This document shows, piece by piece, positions 30,348-47,895 of a stretch of DNA of 64,000 nucleotides. The translations under genes and the position numbers were made by a program. This stretch comes from the human T2T-CHM13v2.0 reference genome, Homo sapiens. The stretch lies in NCBI RefSeq assembly GCF_009914755.1, contig NC_060932.1; one strand, 5' to 3'. Numbering within the stretch: the first letter of the stretch is position 1; every line of letters begins with the position of its first letter. The notes below the pieces were generated by a model that was given only the letters and a program-made list of their open reading frames with translations, made no database searches and was not told where the DNA came from.

Positions 30348-30664
30348 GGATATTTCAAAGGAGGAAGGAAGAGCCTTCTCAATAAATAGTGCCGGGAAAA
30401 CTGAATATCCACATGCAAAACAATACAGTGGCACTCATACCATAGACAAAATGATCTCAAACTGGACCAAAGACTTTAATAGCTAAAACTATAAAATTCT
30501 TAGAAGAAAACAGGAGTACATCTCTTCAGCTTTGTATTAGGCAATGGTGTCTTAGATATTACACTAAAAGCACACTTAACACACACACACAATTAGATAA
30601 ATTGGACCTTATCAAAATTAAAAACTTTTGTGCTTCAAAAGATATCATCAAGAAAGTGAAAAGA

Positions 30665-30949
30665 GGCCGGGCATGGTAGCTCATGCCTGTAATCCCAGCA
30701 TTTGGGGAGGCATCAGTTTGAGCTCAGGATTTCAAGACCAGCCTGAGCATCATGGCGAGACCCCATCTCTACAAAAATTACCCTATGTGGGGGCTCACGC
30801 CTGTGGTCTCAGCTACTCAGGAGGCTGAGGCTGGAGAATCACTTGAAGCCAGGAGGCGGCAGGGCTGCAGTGAGCCAAGATCAAGCCAGTGAACTCCAGC
30901 CTGAGTGACAGAATCTAAGACCCTGTCGCAAAAAAAAAAAAAAAAAAAA
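30665..30949 (+). mobile_element. Alu inserted in L1
   Basis: TSD AAAGTGAAAAGA. Confidence 0.93.
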
Positions 30950-32204
30950 GTGAAAAGACAAAACATAGAATGTGAGAAAATATTTGCAAATCACATAACA
31001 AATAAGGAACAATATATAAACAATTCTTCCAACTCAACAATAAAAAGACAACCCAACTTTAAAAATGGGCTAAAGATTTGAGTAGACATTTCTACAAAGA
31101 TATGCAGATAGCCAATAAGCACATGAAAAGATGTTCAACCTCATTACTCACTAGGGAAATGCAATGAAATCACAACAAGATACCACTTCATATCCACCAG
31201 GGTAGTCAAAATTAAAAAGGCAATAGCAAGTGATAGTAAGGATATGGAGAAATTGGAACCCTTGTTAGTGGGATTACAAAATGTTGTAGCCACTTCGGAA
31301 AACAGTTTGGCAGTTCCTCGAAAGGTTAGAGAGTTAACTACATCGCGTAGCAATTCCACTTCTAGAGAAATGAAAACATACATCACAAAAAAAAACACAA
31401 ATGTTCATACAGCATTACTCATAACAGCTAAAAAGTGGAAGCAATCCAAGTGTTTTCTAATGTTGAATGGATAACCAAAATGTGGTGTATCCAACAATAG
31501 AATATTATATGTGATAGAAGAGTTTCTGTTCCTCAAATAATAAGCATAGAATGACTACGTGATCCGGCACTTCCACTCCTAGGTATATACTCAAGATAAT
31601 TAAAAACCTATGTCCACACAAATGTTCAGAGAAGCATACTTAAGTAGGCAAAATGGAAGCAACCCAGATATCAACTGATAAATGCACAGACCAAATGTTG
31701 TTTATCCATACAATGGAATATAACCTGGCAGTAACAAGGAGCCAAGTACTGATACTTGAAAACATGCTAAGTGAAAGAAGTCACAAAAGGCCACATATTG
31801 TATCTTTACCTTTATATGAAATGTCCAGAATAGGCATATTCATAGACAGAAAATAGATGAGCATTTGCCAGGGGTTGGAGGAAGAAAGAGAAGAATGGGA
31901 TATGACTGCTACTGGACATAAGATTTCTTTTGAAAATGATGAAAATGTTCTGAAATTAGTGGTGCTAGTTTCATAACTTGATGAATATACTAAAAACCAC
32001 TGAATTGTACACTTTAAAATGATGACTTTTTGGTTTGTAAATTATATTTCAATAAAGCTGTTATTTTAGAATATTTAATTATGTTTTTAAAAATAAGATA
32101 AGCATGAAATCAACCAAGAGAATAGCCACATACGAACCTGTGGCTAGCTCTGGTTCATTTACGCCTCACTGAGGTGGTACTCCAGAAGAAGAAATCTAAT
32201 GGAG

Positions 32205-33308
32205 CAATGAATGATAGCCAAGATGGGGTGGGGTGTCCGAGTGGTTACCCCCGGGTACAGACGATAAAGGAGTACACTGTCTATACGATTGCCATTTAGC
32301 AACAATAAAAATAACTAGAATCAGTCTGCTTTTATTATCACCTTTCTGCCATCAAATCCTAAACAATGTCATTGAAAAAATAAACTCTCACCTCAAAAAC
32401 CTGGTTGGTCCAAGCCAGGGTTTCTCATTCTGTTGTCATTTTGGGCCAAATAATTGTTGTGGGAGGCTGTCCTGTGCATCTTTGGATGTTTAGCTGCATC
32501 CCTGGCCTCCACCCACTTGATTTCAGTTGCACTCCCCACAATGGTAACAGCCAAAAGTGTCTCCAGACATTGCCAAATGTCCCGAAAGGCAAAACAGCCA
32601 AGGTTGAGAACCATTGATTTAAGTTCTAAATAAATGCTGTGATTGTCTATTGAATTTTAGTAACGTGTAAGCCTCAAATTAGCACATTGTTATTGCTTAT
32701 CTTTTAATTATACTCTGGGGAAGTTAATTCAAAGAACTCTTGATTATACAACTGGTCCCCAACATACAAGGACTCGGCTTTATATGTGTGTTGGTATTGA
32801 AAGTACATTCTTAACAGTTCTAAATTGTTTCAGCTTGTTTTGTGCACAGCTCTTATCTCCAACCTTTGGCACTATAGAAATCCTAGCTTTAAATAGCAGA
32901 TTCATAATACACGATAGCGCCGTGATTGTAAAGGTGTCAAAACAAATTGAATAACTTCAGTTCTGTTATTGTATAATATATACACACCATTTTCTGAGAC
33001 ATATAGGCAGAGTTCCCTTTCTCTTATTTTCACATGTCTCCCTGAACCTTTAATTTTTTTCAAAAAAACACATTCATGTAATGGAAAAGTATTAATTTGT
33101 TTCCTTTTTTGTACTGTATTATTTTATTTACATTTTTATTTGAAAAAATTTAATGATAGTTACAAAGTAAAAATCAATAAAATATTTTTCAGTGTCTTCT
33201 TTCTGGTCTGTATTTCATTTCATGACTTAAAAATAATTTTCTCCTTTAGAGGAGGAAGTCATTTAAAATGATCTGTACTAGGTGTCAAATGTGCTAGGCA
33301 CACCACTG
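32205..33308 (+). mobile_element. hAT-Tip100 MER97-like DNA transposon
   Basis: Start GGGGTGGGG...CCCCGGGTACAG..ATAAAGG..CAGTCTGCTTTTATTATCACC; end AAAATGATCTGTACTAGGTGTCAAATGTGCTAGGCACACCACTG (family from recall). Confidence 0.55.
32417..32617 (+). mobile_element. MER20 DNA transposon nested in a MER97-like element
   Basis: CAGGGTTTCTCA...GGCTGTCCTGTGCATC...GTCTCCAGACATTGCCAAATGTCCC...GTTGAGAACCATTG; terminal inverted repeats visible. Confidence 0.85.
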
Positions 33309-34289
33309 ATTTAGGGAAAGAGATAAAGTACACCACGATGAAAGTAGAAAAGAAGAAAAAGTGCATTAAGATGAAAAAGAACATAAATAGATGAGGGGCC
33401 AAGGAATCGAAGGTGAGAAAGCAGAAAATTGAGAGAGACCAGGAGGCAAAATTGGCGACTTCTGAAATGAGTAGATTATTTAATTGCATTTGTTCTGTTT
33501 TTATTTCCTTATCCTTTGTTTGGGCGGTGGGCTAAGGTCTGTACATTATCATCTGTTCTTCCCACACATTTGAAAGATTAGTTGCCAATTAATTACTATT
33601 TTTAATTCTTCAACTGCTCTGTAGCTTCAGCTGTGCCCTGCCCTGATCCACGTCGTTGCAGAGGCCCAAAAATTATTCTCTAGGTGCTACGAAGGAGGAA
33701 AGAATGCCCAGAATAGGGAGCTAACAAAATTGAATGGATATGTGTGAGATATTAGGCTAGATGCTTTACATACCTTATTCCATCTCTCACAACAAACTGC
33801 CATTTTACTTGAGGAAACTGAAGCTCAGCTTAATGGGGTTATCCCCTTCAAATTCTATTTAAAATTCTCAATAGGATGAATAACACTTATTGGCAGATTT
33901 TTTTTTTTTTTTTTTTTTTTACTATCTCAGTCCTAGGCTGATTTTTACTCTCTCAAAAACCAAACAATATAATGGCATACTACTTACACGATATGATAAG
34001 TCACCTTTTAAAGTTACGCACTCTGGTAGTTCTTAATTATGGAACAATCAATACATATGTGTTTTTTTAAAGGAAACTTTTAGACATAAGTACTTGAATC
34101 GCTGGTAGATGCCTACTTTTTGTGCTATGCATTCTATAGCATGTAATTAACCCTTGTTGAATGCATAATGTATTAAGTTTGTAGCTTACCTAGATAATGA
34201 AGTTGGTTCCAAGAAAAATTGTTGAGAAATGGCTCTGTCAGTGAAGTCTCTACAAAATTTTAATTTGAAAGGTAAATAATAAAAGGAGA

Positions 34290-34593
34290 GGCTGGGAGTG
34301 GTGGCTCATGCCTGCAATCCCAGCACTTTGGGAGGGCGAGGTGGGAGGACTGCCTGAGGCCAAGAGTTTGAGACCAGCCAGGGCAACAGAGCAAGACCCC
34401 GTCTCTGCAGAAAATGTTTAAAAACCAAATTAGCTGAACATAGTGCTGCATGCCTGTAGTCCTAGCTACTTGGGAGGTTGAGACAGAAGGATTCCTTAAC
34501 CCCAGGACTTCAAGGCAGCAGTGGGCCATGATTGTGCCACTGCACTCCAGCCTGAGCGACAGAGCAAGACCCTGTCTCTAAAATATAATAAAA
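34290..34593 (+). mobile_element. Alu (AluJ-like)
   Basis: TSD ATAATAAAAGGAGA. Confidence 0.95.
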
Positions 34594-35857
34594 GGAGACA
34601 GAATCACTAAAATAAAGTCCTAATCTGAAACACGAGAGAGAAATAAGACTGACATCTTTTAAAGTATTTATACAGTGTTCTTCTATATCTATAGTTATGA
34701 AAGTTTTGGATTGAATTCTGTTTCTATGGTAGAAACCTAAATACTAGAGGAAGTGTGTGCACCATTTTGCCTTGGAATTTCTAAGCATAGCTTCAGAAAG
34801 ATTAACCACATTAACCCAGCCACGAAATACATTATTACCCAAATATTAATGTCTTGTGCCAAAACTTGCCACTGGTGGATAGGCGGTGTTATACAATTCT
34901 TACATGGAAACTGCCTTTGTCATGATACGACAGCCAACTGGAGAATTCAAATACAGTATATGAACTTGAACTTGAGCTTTAAATCTTTGGTATGTCATTT
35001 TAATAACAAAGCAACCTAGCCAGATTTATCCTTAATTCAGTGTAAATATAGACAGGGTGTAGTGGCCTTTAGCCAGCTGGGAGTTATCTCTGCAATTCAA
35101 AAGATGATTAATGAGATACTAAGTAGAAAAATTAGCCTTGATATACAGTTTTTTGACTAACTGATGATTGAGGCTATTTATTCAAGTTATGAAAACTGAA
35201 AAAGTAACTAGAGTTTAAAAGCAATAAAAGACCATTTTTCCTAATCTGTCCCATTTACCTGTAAGGTCTTGAAATGATGGACTAGGATTGGATTTCCGCG
35301 TAGGGTTGGATTTCCATGGGTATTTAGCAACTTCGTCTGTCTTCCCTTAGACAAGGCAATTAGTAGTAAGGAACATTAATTACAGTCCCTCAAAGTTAAT
35401 ACCTAAATATTCAACGTGCCTTGCGATCAGTTTCTTACTAATTGACTCATTAGTTCATTCACTCAACAAATATCTGTCATTGACCAGGCACTCTGATAAC
35501 ATGCTTTTTCTATTCTCCCCCATTTTGCTCATAACTAATTATATTTGTATGCACACAGCATATCTCTTTCTCCCCAAGGTCCACTAACCCTTTCTTTTTT
35601 ATTATTATTTTTAATTTTTTCCACCAACCCTTTCTGCTTATCCTAAACATGGCGTAACTCTAGAACAGAGAGCATGTCTTGTTCATCTCTGTATACCAGA
35701 GCCTGACATACAGCTTTTAATAATGAATTGCATTTAATGTTCAGTAAAATAAACAGGCAGGAGGACACCCCCAAACAGTGTCAAAGATAAACCTAGTTGT
35801 CCATTAGTAGGTGTGTGGATAAGTAAATAGTATATTTGTGCAATTTAATAGTACTCA

Positions 35858-36739
<882 letters not shown>

Positions 36740-36740
<1 letters not shown>

Positions 36741-37310
36741 ACAAATGTACCCAGTAATTAAAAATGCATGAAGTAGAACCACATGTATCAATATGGATAT
36801 CTCAAAAACATAGAATTTAAGTAAAAAATTGAAACATTTGATAATACGCAATATTACAAAGGAGTGAGAAAATGGGCACTTATTTATGTCTCAGAATATA
36901 AATTTACTATAACCTCAAGGGAGGGCAATTTGGCAAGTGATTACAATTAATAATTACAATGAGTAAAGGGTACATTCCAATTTATTCTCTAGATATGTCT
37001 ACATGTATGAAAAATGAACAAGAATAGTTATTGCAATATTGTTTACAGTAGTAAAAGATGTCTATTAACAGGACAGGTCAGATAAATTATGTTCTGCATA
37101 TTCAATGCATCTTCAACAAAACAACAAGGAATATCTTTATACACTCTACGTAATTATCTCTAAATACTTCTAGAAGAATACAGATGAAATGGGAAGCATT
37201 GGTTGCTTCCAGGAAGTGACATTGGCTATCTTGGGCACATGTATAGAAAAGAAACTTTTCACTGCTTACCCTCAAATAATTTGAGTTTTGAACCATGTGA
37301 CCATATGAAT
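36740..37310 (+). mobile_element. L1ME-like fragments
   Basis: GGAGGGCAATTTGGCAA, GATAAATTATG and GGTTGCTTCCAGGAAG motifs. Confidence 0.5.
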
Positions 37311-37342
37311 TATCTCTTCACAAAAAGAAAAGGCAATTGAAA

Positions 37343-37485
37343 GCCGGCCTGGTGGTTTGGACCTATAATCCCAGTGTTTTGGGAGCTTAAGGTGGGAGGA
37401 TGGCTGAGGCCTGGAGTTCAAGACCAGCCTGTGCAACATGGTGAGACACCCTCCCTACCCCGGTCCAGGTTCTAAAAAATAAAAG
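37343..37485 (+). mobile_element. Alu monomer (FLAM-like)
   Basis: Left arm only. Confidence 0.8.
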
Positions 37486-37784
37486 ATGTTGGGAATTTTT
37501 TAAAAAGATGATCCAGCTGGTGGGAAGGCAGAGCACCTTGCCTCCTCTGAGAGGCAGCTCCCCTTCCACATGGAGGAGAAGAGGAACAAGACTCTTACAG
37601 AGTTGGAGGTGGAGCTCGACAGTGGGTGAGGAACCCCTGCTTCTTCTTGTGACCTCCCACCTGGACCACACAGTGTCACACTGCCTGCTCTAGGTGGCCA
37701 CTCAGGCCCTGCAGACTAAGACCCCAGCCTCCACGAGGCTGGATTGTGGTAAGACAAAAGAGCTCCAGCCAGCTGTGGCTCCTG

Positions 37785-37960
37785 CCAGTACCTCTCGCTA
37801 GCAGGGCGATCTTGAGAGAGTGCCTTACCCTCTCATTGCCTCAGTTTCTTCATCTCTAAAATGAAAATCGTAATGCCTGCTTTGTAAGAGTATTGTGAAG
37901 TAATACTTGTAAAGAGCCAAAAACAACACCTGGCATACAGTAAGTGCTCAATTACTACTG
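37785..37960 (+). mobile_element. MIR
   Basis: GCCTCAGTTTCTTCATCTCTAAAATG...CCTGGCATACAGTAAGTGCTCAA. Confidence 0.7.
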
Positions 37961-38536
37961 TCTGTTGTTAGTTCTAGAAGTACTCCTCCTTTCCCGCTGT
38001 ATGCCTTTACTCAGGCTGGCACTTCTGAAAACTTGTCCTGTCATCTTCCTGTCAAAAGACTACCAATTTTTAACCTTTTATCCTGGTCCACCCAAGTGGA
38101 TGTTATTTGTCCTCCGAACCATCACAGAGCTATGAACTTTTCCTATGGTCCTTCTAAGCTGCCTTTCTGAAGTTATCTGGGTACCTGTCCTGTTTCCCAG
38201 TTTTAGACTGTCAGTGCCTGAGGAATCTTTATTCTTGGAAATGTCTTTCACAGCTAATTGTCCATAGTAGTAAAGAAACAGTTTCTAAAAACAATCATCT
38301 TTACTAGATGACAAACTTAATATCCTTAAAATTCTTATGAGATATAAATGATCTCGTTAAAAAATAAAAAGTATTTAAAAGAATTCAATTATTTTCTTAC
38401 CTATCCCAAATTATTCCTAAGAGGCAGTCACTAATACACACACACACACAATTTGTATATATATATTCTTCCACGTGTTTTTACAAGTACATAAATATGT
38501 GTATGTGTGATGTCAGTAGACTTAGACTTTATCACA

Positions 38537-38884
<348 letters not shown>

Positions 38885-39751
38885 TAATTGGCCCATTTTT
38901 TGATATGTACGATTTTTTCAAGTCTGCTTCTACAGTTTTCAATTTTACAACTGTCATGATAAAATCTGCCTTTTCTTTCCTTTTTATCACTACACTTTAA
39001 GTCATGAGTAAACTCTCTTGCACAATCATAGGGTTGTTCTGTATAGTCAAAAGTTTTAGGCAGTGAAAATCATTCCTGTGATTTCTACCTCTGAGAGACT
39101 GATGTCTTGGAACTCAATTTAGAGCCCACAGATGCTTTCCAGTTTCTTTCTACTGAGGGCACATTGGTGTCTGACCACATTTGGTCTCCCTTTATTTGCC
39201 TTTCTGACCCCCCTAACTCAGTACCCTACATTCTCTCTCTTCTGGTCCTTCTGATAGAGTTTTTAAAACTCGGCCTCACTTTTAGCATAACTGGTAAGTA
39301 TGATTTTTTTATTGTACCCAGCTTTGGTTTCTATATTTCCCTCCTCTTCTTTCCCTTCTCTCCCGTCTTTCAATGTTAGGTTCTTAAGAAAGGAAATAAG
39401 TGCAATTATAGACTTCAGTAAGAATATTTGCATTGTAACCACCTTTTATTTTAATAAATACCCTGTGTTCTGTGAAAAGGTTTTTCAGGATCATCTGAGC
39501 AATTTAGAGAATTATTTTGGGCTAGGGAGCATTTTTGTAATCCTAATTTAACAGCCATGGAGTTACTTTTATGTTTTCCATTATTGCTGGGCCACAAGCT
39601 TTACCCATGACTGCTGCTGGGTTTGTTCAAGGGCCCCATGCCACTTTCATGGTGGCAATACTTTGCAGTTACACAGTTTTACAATTTCTGCATGCATGGT
39701 CTCATACAGGCCTAGTCAGTGGTGTGAAGCTTGAACAGAAAGAAGAAATTC

Positions 39752-40068
<317 letters not shown>

Positions 40069-40284
40069 CTAATTCTGAACACACTAGGCAGGAAATACAA
40101 ATGTTAAATTATATATTCGGCATAGTTTTAATTGGTCAGCTTTATATAGTTTAACCTTATGAAACTGCTGTTGTCTGAAGGGCAGTTCACCTGTGAACCT
40201 ACTACATGTCAGGCATTATACCAGGCCCAGCAGATTTGGCAGTGATCAAGACTCAAATTGCAAAACATCCATCCAACATCTATG

Positions 40285-40430
40285 TTTTCTCTCATCTTCC
40301 TTCCTTCCTTTTTTCTTCTTATGGACATGAACCAGAACGAATATCTTCTTTTCCATTTCCTTTCTTCCCCCCTCCTTCCTTTCTTCCTATTTTTTCTTTC
40401 TCCTTCCTCTCGTTCCTTTTCATCCCTCCA
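40285..40430. repeat. Polypyrimidine low-complexity tract
   Basis: C/T-rich on the plus strand with a short interruption. Confidence 0.8.
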
Positions 40431-40636
40431 CGTTGCATGAAGGATTTGAGGTGAAAACTGTGTTCTCATTACAATAGCACATCCAGACTTAAATGTTCTG
40501 GTGTACAGTTTGAGTTATTTAGACTTGTCTCACATATTCACACAGACTACACAGATTTCTTAAATTTGCCATTCATGAGGGAACATATAATTCTGCATAA
40601 TTACGGATTTCAAGACACTTAAAAACTAGATTTTGT

Positions 40637-40996
<360 letters not shown>

Positions 40997-42605
40997 TTAA
41001 ATTCCTATTGTTGCTTTTATTTTTAAAATAAGTCACTTTAATAATTGAGATTTGAGAAAAAATTAATTTCATTTGTTCACTGTTTCTTTAGTACATATTT
41101 TAATGACATGTACAGGTATTACCTAATAAAATGCTGGTCTTTTGTATGTTGAATGCACAGATTCTAATTTCCTTTACAGAAATTTGCTTTACTCCACAGC
41201 CACTGGGAATGGGCTGCTTTACATAGAGTTGGCCAGCTCCTGTCAGGAGCTATTTCCACAGATTGGAACAACAGACTGCATGTGTTTCAATGTAACACCA
41301 GGGGTCACTGTAAGCTAGAAACCTTCAACCATGTTTAGAAATGTTGAATTAATGTTAGTCACAACATTTTTATTTGAATACTGGCTTATTAGTGAGATTA
41401 TTTTTTTAAACCTCTGGTTTTATAATAACCTATATTGTCTTTAATCATCTTCAAACTGTCCCATTTTAATTCAACTAAAAAGGAAGTAAAAATTCCTCAT
41501 TTACAATTTTTAGAAGCAGCACTGCCACAATCAGATGAACAATGACAAAGTATAGTACTTTCAGGAACCTTGAGAATTCCTGTTTCCAGCTGAAATTAGA
41601 TACGATAGAGTTCAATAGATAAAGCCACGCTGGAAATCAGGAAAGATGAATTCTTAAATATGCTGCATGTAGTATAAACTTTCTGCCTAAATTTTCAGGT
41701 TAGGATGAGACTAGATTATTTCTAAGATCCTATTCAACTCTTCATTTTGTTTTGATCCTACTCAGCTCTTAGTTTAATCATTCAATTAAACAAACTTGAA
41801 CCATCTACTGCTTTTAAGTATTCTAATATTATACAGAAGGCCATGGAGCCTTTTCCTTAAGTTCCTGAAGGGCCACTTTGTTTAAGGATGGGCCTTAGGG
41901 GAAAGCTGAACCAGGTCTAGGGCTATTGGAGATTTAAATCCCCTAAAGAGACAGACCTGGGCTTAGTGACCACAAGGGATGAACCTAAATTCTTATCTTG
42001 AAAGAAGCTAAATCTCCAGCAGCCTGGCCCAGTGCTTGCCTCTGGCCATTACCCATCACATGTTTCACAGGCAGTCTCAATTCTACAGGGATAACTCCAC
42101 CCCTCCCAAGAGGAGGTTACCCTCCAGGCTCCAACACGCCCTCAGATACACCCAAGCCAATCAACTGAAACCAATGAAACATTTCTATCAGGGGCTTTCA
42201 AGGACTTCCTTAGGTTTCTTTGAGCTTTTTCCTCAAACTCCTCCAACCTTAAATATTTGCTTACTCCAGTCCCACATCCCAGGGCCCTCACCTTCCATAA
42301 ATCAAATCACTTTCATTCCACTTTATTGCTAAAGTGCCACCGCTCACCCCAGCCTTTGCTTCTCCCTCAGCACCCGATTCCCAAAGCATTCCTGTGTTTT
42401 GCGAAAGCTCGCAGAACTTTCTTCATCACTAACCTGTTATCTGTGGCACTCACCTTCCCTCTGCCACATTCGTTTTCTTGAACATAACGATAACCGAGTT
42501 ATTATATGCAAGTATATCTGTATCACCAGTAAATTTTCAAACTCTCATAAAAAGCGACCAAATCACATACCCCATCCAGACCCTCACAGCCTAGCAGAGA
42601 ACTAA

Positions 42606-42945
<340 letters not shown>

Positions 42946-43191
42946 CTCAACTTGTAATGGATCAATAACTCAATCTGAGTTGCTATCTAAGCCATATGTT
43001 TGTTACTGCCTTTGCATGTTCCACCCTTCTTTCAGGTGAGAGCTCATCAGAATATGAAACAGACTTGTTAGATTTCCATTGGTTTGGGGCCATTGGGGAA
43101 CCAGAGGTTTACTCATAAGAATTAAAGTGTAGAATGTACTAGAGATGACAATAGTATTAATTAAAGAAACAAAATTGTTTAAATAGAAAAA

Positions 43192-43611
43192 GCTGGGCAT
43201 GGTGGCTCACGCCTGTAATCCCAGCACTTTGGGAGGCCAAGACGGTCAGATCACCTGAGGTCAGGAGTTCGAGACCAGCCTGGCCAACATGGTGAAACGT
43301 CGTCTCTACTAAAAATTAGCTGGGCCTGGTTGCGCATGTCTGTAATCCCAGTTACTTGGGAGGCTGAGTCATGAGAATCACTTGAACCTGGGAGGCAGAG
43401 GTTTCAGTGAGCCAAGATCATGTCACTGCACTCCAGCCTGAGGGACAGAGTGAGACTCCATCTCAAAAAGAAAAGATATTTAAAGCCAGATGTGGTAGCA
43501 CATGCCTGTAATCCCAGCCACTTGGGAGGCTGAGGCAGGAAGATCTATTGAGCACAGGAGTTCAAGTCCAGCTTAGACAATGTAGTGAGACGCTGTCTCT
43601 AAAAAAGAAAA
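43192..43611 (+). mobile_element. Alu (43192-43475) plus Alu monomer (43485-43611)
   Basis: Dimer followed by a FLAM-like monomer. Confidence 0.9.
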
Positions 43612-44294
43612 GTTATTTAAAACTTTCATTTTATGATATATTTGCCCTCTGTGGTACTTATGAATGCAAGCACAAACACATACTATATTTTTAGTGTTAA
43701 ACATATACTTATGCTGAAATAAAATTAGTTGCTCTTGGAAGGCGGACATTTTCCGGATGTAGCCTCTAGGCAAATTAGTTTGGGAGCCACATTTATACTC
43801 AAGGCAATATAGAAGGTTTAATAGCTGTGCTCACAAATAAAGCAAGGGTTGAAAAATGGTCAAGCATCTCTTTCTAAATCTATTTTAGTCTTCATGCCTT
43901 CAAAGATTCATATTGTGGCTTTGATGGGGAGAATACTGTTTGTACCTTGTACTTACTTTTCAATTTACGAAGAGTAATGGTAAAGAGTATCAAAAAATTT
44001 GATGCCAATCTTGATTGATACACAATTAAAGATAGAGTTCTGAGCATACTAAAGGATTTCTTATAATTGAATTTAAACAGTTGTTAAATCTTAGCTAAAT
44101 AATTGGGATACTACGCAAAGAAAAATGAAAACAAACATTGATACAAGATGTATTATGGGCTAGTCTCTACAATAGCTTATCAAAAATCCTAATCATAACA
44201 CTATGAGAACCCTCATTTTCCAAAGAAAACAGGAAGAGGGTGGGTGAGTCATTGGCCCGAGATTAATTACCCAGTTAGGAAGTGACAAAGGTGG

Positions 44295-44597
44295 GGCCAG
44301 GCATGGTGGTTCATGCCTGTAATCCCAGCACTTTGGGAGGCCGAGGTGAGTGGATCAACTGAGATCGGGAGTTTGGGACCAGCCCGACTAACATAGAGAA
44401 ACCCCGTCTCTACTAAAAATTCAAAATTAGCTGAGCGTGGTGGCGCATGCCTGTAATCCTGGCTACTCAGGAGGCTGAGGCAGGAGAATCACTTGAATCC
44501 AGGAGGCGGAGGTTGCAGTGAGCCAAGATGGTGCCACTGCACTCCAGCCTGGGCAACAAGAGCAAAACTCTGTCTCAAACAAACAAAAAAAGAGAAA
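44295..44597 (+). mobile_element. Alu (AluSp-like)
   Basis: TSD AAGTGACAAAGGT. Confidence 0.95.
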
Positions 44598-44654
44598 GTG
44601 ACAAAGGTAGGATGTCAGTCCAGAGTTTGGCTCTGAGCCAGTTCTCCACTCTTG

Positions 44655-44925
44655 TCTGCACTTGGTATTGTCACTTTTTAAGATTTTAACCATTCTGATA
44701 AGTGTGCACTGATATTCTATTTTAGTTTACTTAGCATTTTCCTAATGGCTAATGAAGTTGAGCATCTCTTCAGGTGCTTGTTTGTCATCTGTATCTGCTC
44801 TCATGTCCTTTGCTCATTTTCTAATTGGATTTTTAAATGCACTGTTGTTTTGAGAGTCCTTTATATATTCTAGATAGTAGTCCTTTGTTGCGTATGTGGT
44901 TTACAAATACTTTCTAGGATTCTTT
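44655..44925 (-). mobile_element. L1M fragment
   Basis: CCATTCTGATAAGTGTG...GCATTTTCCTAATGGCTAATGAAGTTGAGCATCTCTTCA...TTTATATATTCTAGATA is an antisense L1 3' ORF2 segment. Confidence 0.75.
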
Positions 44926-45531
44926 CTTGTCACAATATCTTGTCATTCATGTTTCTAATCCACCAGCCTGGAGATACATTAGGGGGAGCAAAAAACCCAG
45001 ATTGCATCTGATTATTTGTGAGCAGGTTTGCAGTGCAGAGTCCACTTCACAGTCATCACTTAACCATCTAACTGTAAACTCGATTTCATCTTTTGTGTAC
45101 CCAATATTTAGTTAGCATTCTTGGTAATGGTTACAAGTTTGTTTTTACGTTTTCCTAAAATAAAACATAACACCAGACATGTGTAAGGAATCTGGTGTTT
45201 TAATGTATAATAAATGCCAGTGAAAGTGTTGTATTCCTTATTTCCTTTAACTCACCCAACCAATGGAAGGTATTACCATTATCTTTATTTCACAGATGAA
45301 GAAACCTAGGCCTGAAAATGTTAAGTAACTAGCCCAGGTTGCATGGCAACAAAAATAAGATTTATATCAGGTATGAATCATTCGAGAGACGCTTAGCTGC
45401 CACTCAATATTGTCTCTTTTATATTCGATTTTGTTGCAAAATTATTTGGCTTTTTAAGAAATCATGAAGTTGCTATGTGTCATTTACTGGGGAAGGGCTG
45501 AGAGAACTGATGTTAAAAACACTGTGGATGG

Positions 45532-45820
45532 GGCCGGGCACAGCAACTCACACCTGTCATCCCAGCACTCTGGGAGGTCAAGGCAGGATTGATTGAGTCC
45601 AGGAGTTTAAGATCAGCCAGCACAAAATAGACAGACTCCACTCTACAAAAAATTAAATCAGTCAGGAGTGGTGGTGCACTCCCATAGTCCCAGCTACTTG
45701 AGAGGCTGAGGTGGGAGGATCACTTTGAGCCCAGGAGTTCAGGGCTGCAGCAAGCTATGATCACGCCACTGCACTCCAGCCTGGGCAACAGAGCAAGACC
45801 CTGCCTCTAAAACAAATAAA
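45532..45820 (+). mobile_element. Alu (AluJ-like)
   Basis: Diverged dimer. Confidence 0.93.
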
Positions 45821-46237
45821 CAACCAGAAACCCCACCCTGGATGTACTTCCAATTCCAGCCATTGATGGAATAAGAGGGATTCAATTTGCCCTCAGGTCT
45901 ATTTTAACAAAGAGGCTCAAAAGTAAGCCTAAAAAGGATCAAACAGATTTCAAGTAATTTAATGAAATATTTCTTGGAATACCAAAAAGTCCAACAGTTA
46001 ATTACATAAAATTGACAACAGTGGCATCTATTTATAAATTACCAGGCACAGAAAGCAATAAAATCTGTCCCAATGCCAAACAGAAAAAAAAAAAAAAGAC
46101 ACAGCTAATAGAATCAGCAAAGACAGTAAAGCAGTTATTAAAAATATACTTCATATGCTCAAGAAGGTTAGAGAAAAGCATGAGCATTATGAGAAAAGGA
46201 GTATGTAAAAAGATCCAAATTAAACTTCTAGAGATTA

Positions 46238-46593
<356 letters not shown>

Positions 46594-46949
46594 TATCTGA
46601 GATGAAAAATACACCAGATGGGATAAACAGCAGATAAGATACTGCAGAAAAAAAAGACTTGTAAAACTGAAGACAAAACAACTGAAACTAACCAAAATGA
46701 ACAGAAGAAAAATATCTGAAAAATGAAAAGAGCAACATAGTGTGGCCTAAAATGCATCACACATATAGTCTCAGGAAGGAGGGGGTGGCAGTTCAGACAA
46801 AAATTTTTTTGAAAAAATAATGGCTGAATATTTATCAAGTGTGAGGAAAACTATAAACCAAATAGATTGAAAAAAAAAAACTCAAGAAACCAAAATCAAA
46901 GAAATATAGAAAAACACAACTAAGCACATCTCACTAAGAAGCAAATGGC

Positions 46950-47260
<311 letters not shown>

Positions 47261-47812
47261 TTACCACGTATATAAAGATGTTCATGATTATTAACCAACA
47301 GAGAAATGCAAATTAAAATCATAGAGAAATCACTCCATACCTACTAAATGCTAAAATTAAAAAGACTTCCAACACCAAATGCTGGCAAAGATACAAAACA
47401 ACTGTGACTCTCATTCCTGGTGGGAATGCAAAATGATACATCTACTTTGGAAAAACAGTTTGACTGTCTTGTAAATACCATATGACTCAGCTGTCCCACT
47501 CCTGTATTTTGTCAAGAGAAATAAATTCCTATGTTCACACAAAGACTAGTACAGACAGATCTTCAAAGCAGCTTTGCTCACAATGACCAAAAACTGGAAA
47601 CAATCCAATGTCTATCAACAGATGGGTGAATACATACATAGCAGTGTAGCCATTCAAAGGATTTGGTTTTATCAAAGACCAGACTGCAGACTCCAGCAAC
47701 AGGGCAGAAGAATCACCAAAGCATTATGCTAAGTGAAAGATAAAAGCACTCCCCTTACCCTACTCAAGGTTACATACTTACATGATTCCACTTATATGAA
47801 ATTTGAGGAAAG

Positions 47813-47895
47813 AGCCGGGAATGGTGGCTTTTAATCCCAGCTACTCAGGAGGCTGAGGCACAAGGATTACTTGAGCCCAGAAGTTCAAGGCTAAA
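47813..47895 (+). mobile_element. Alu fragment
   Basis: Partial arm. Confidence 0.75.
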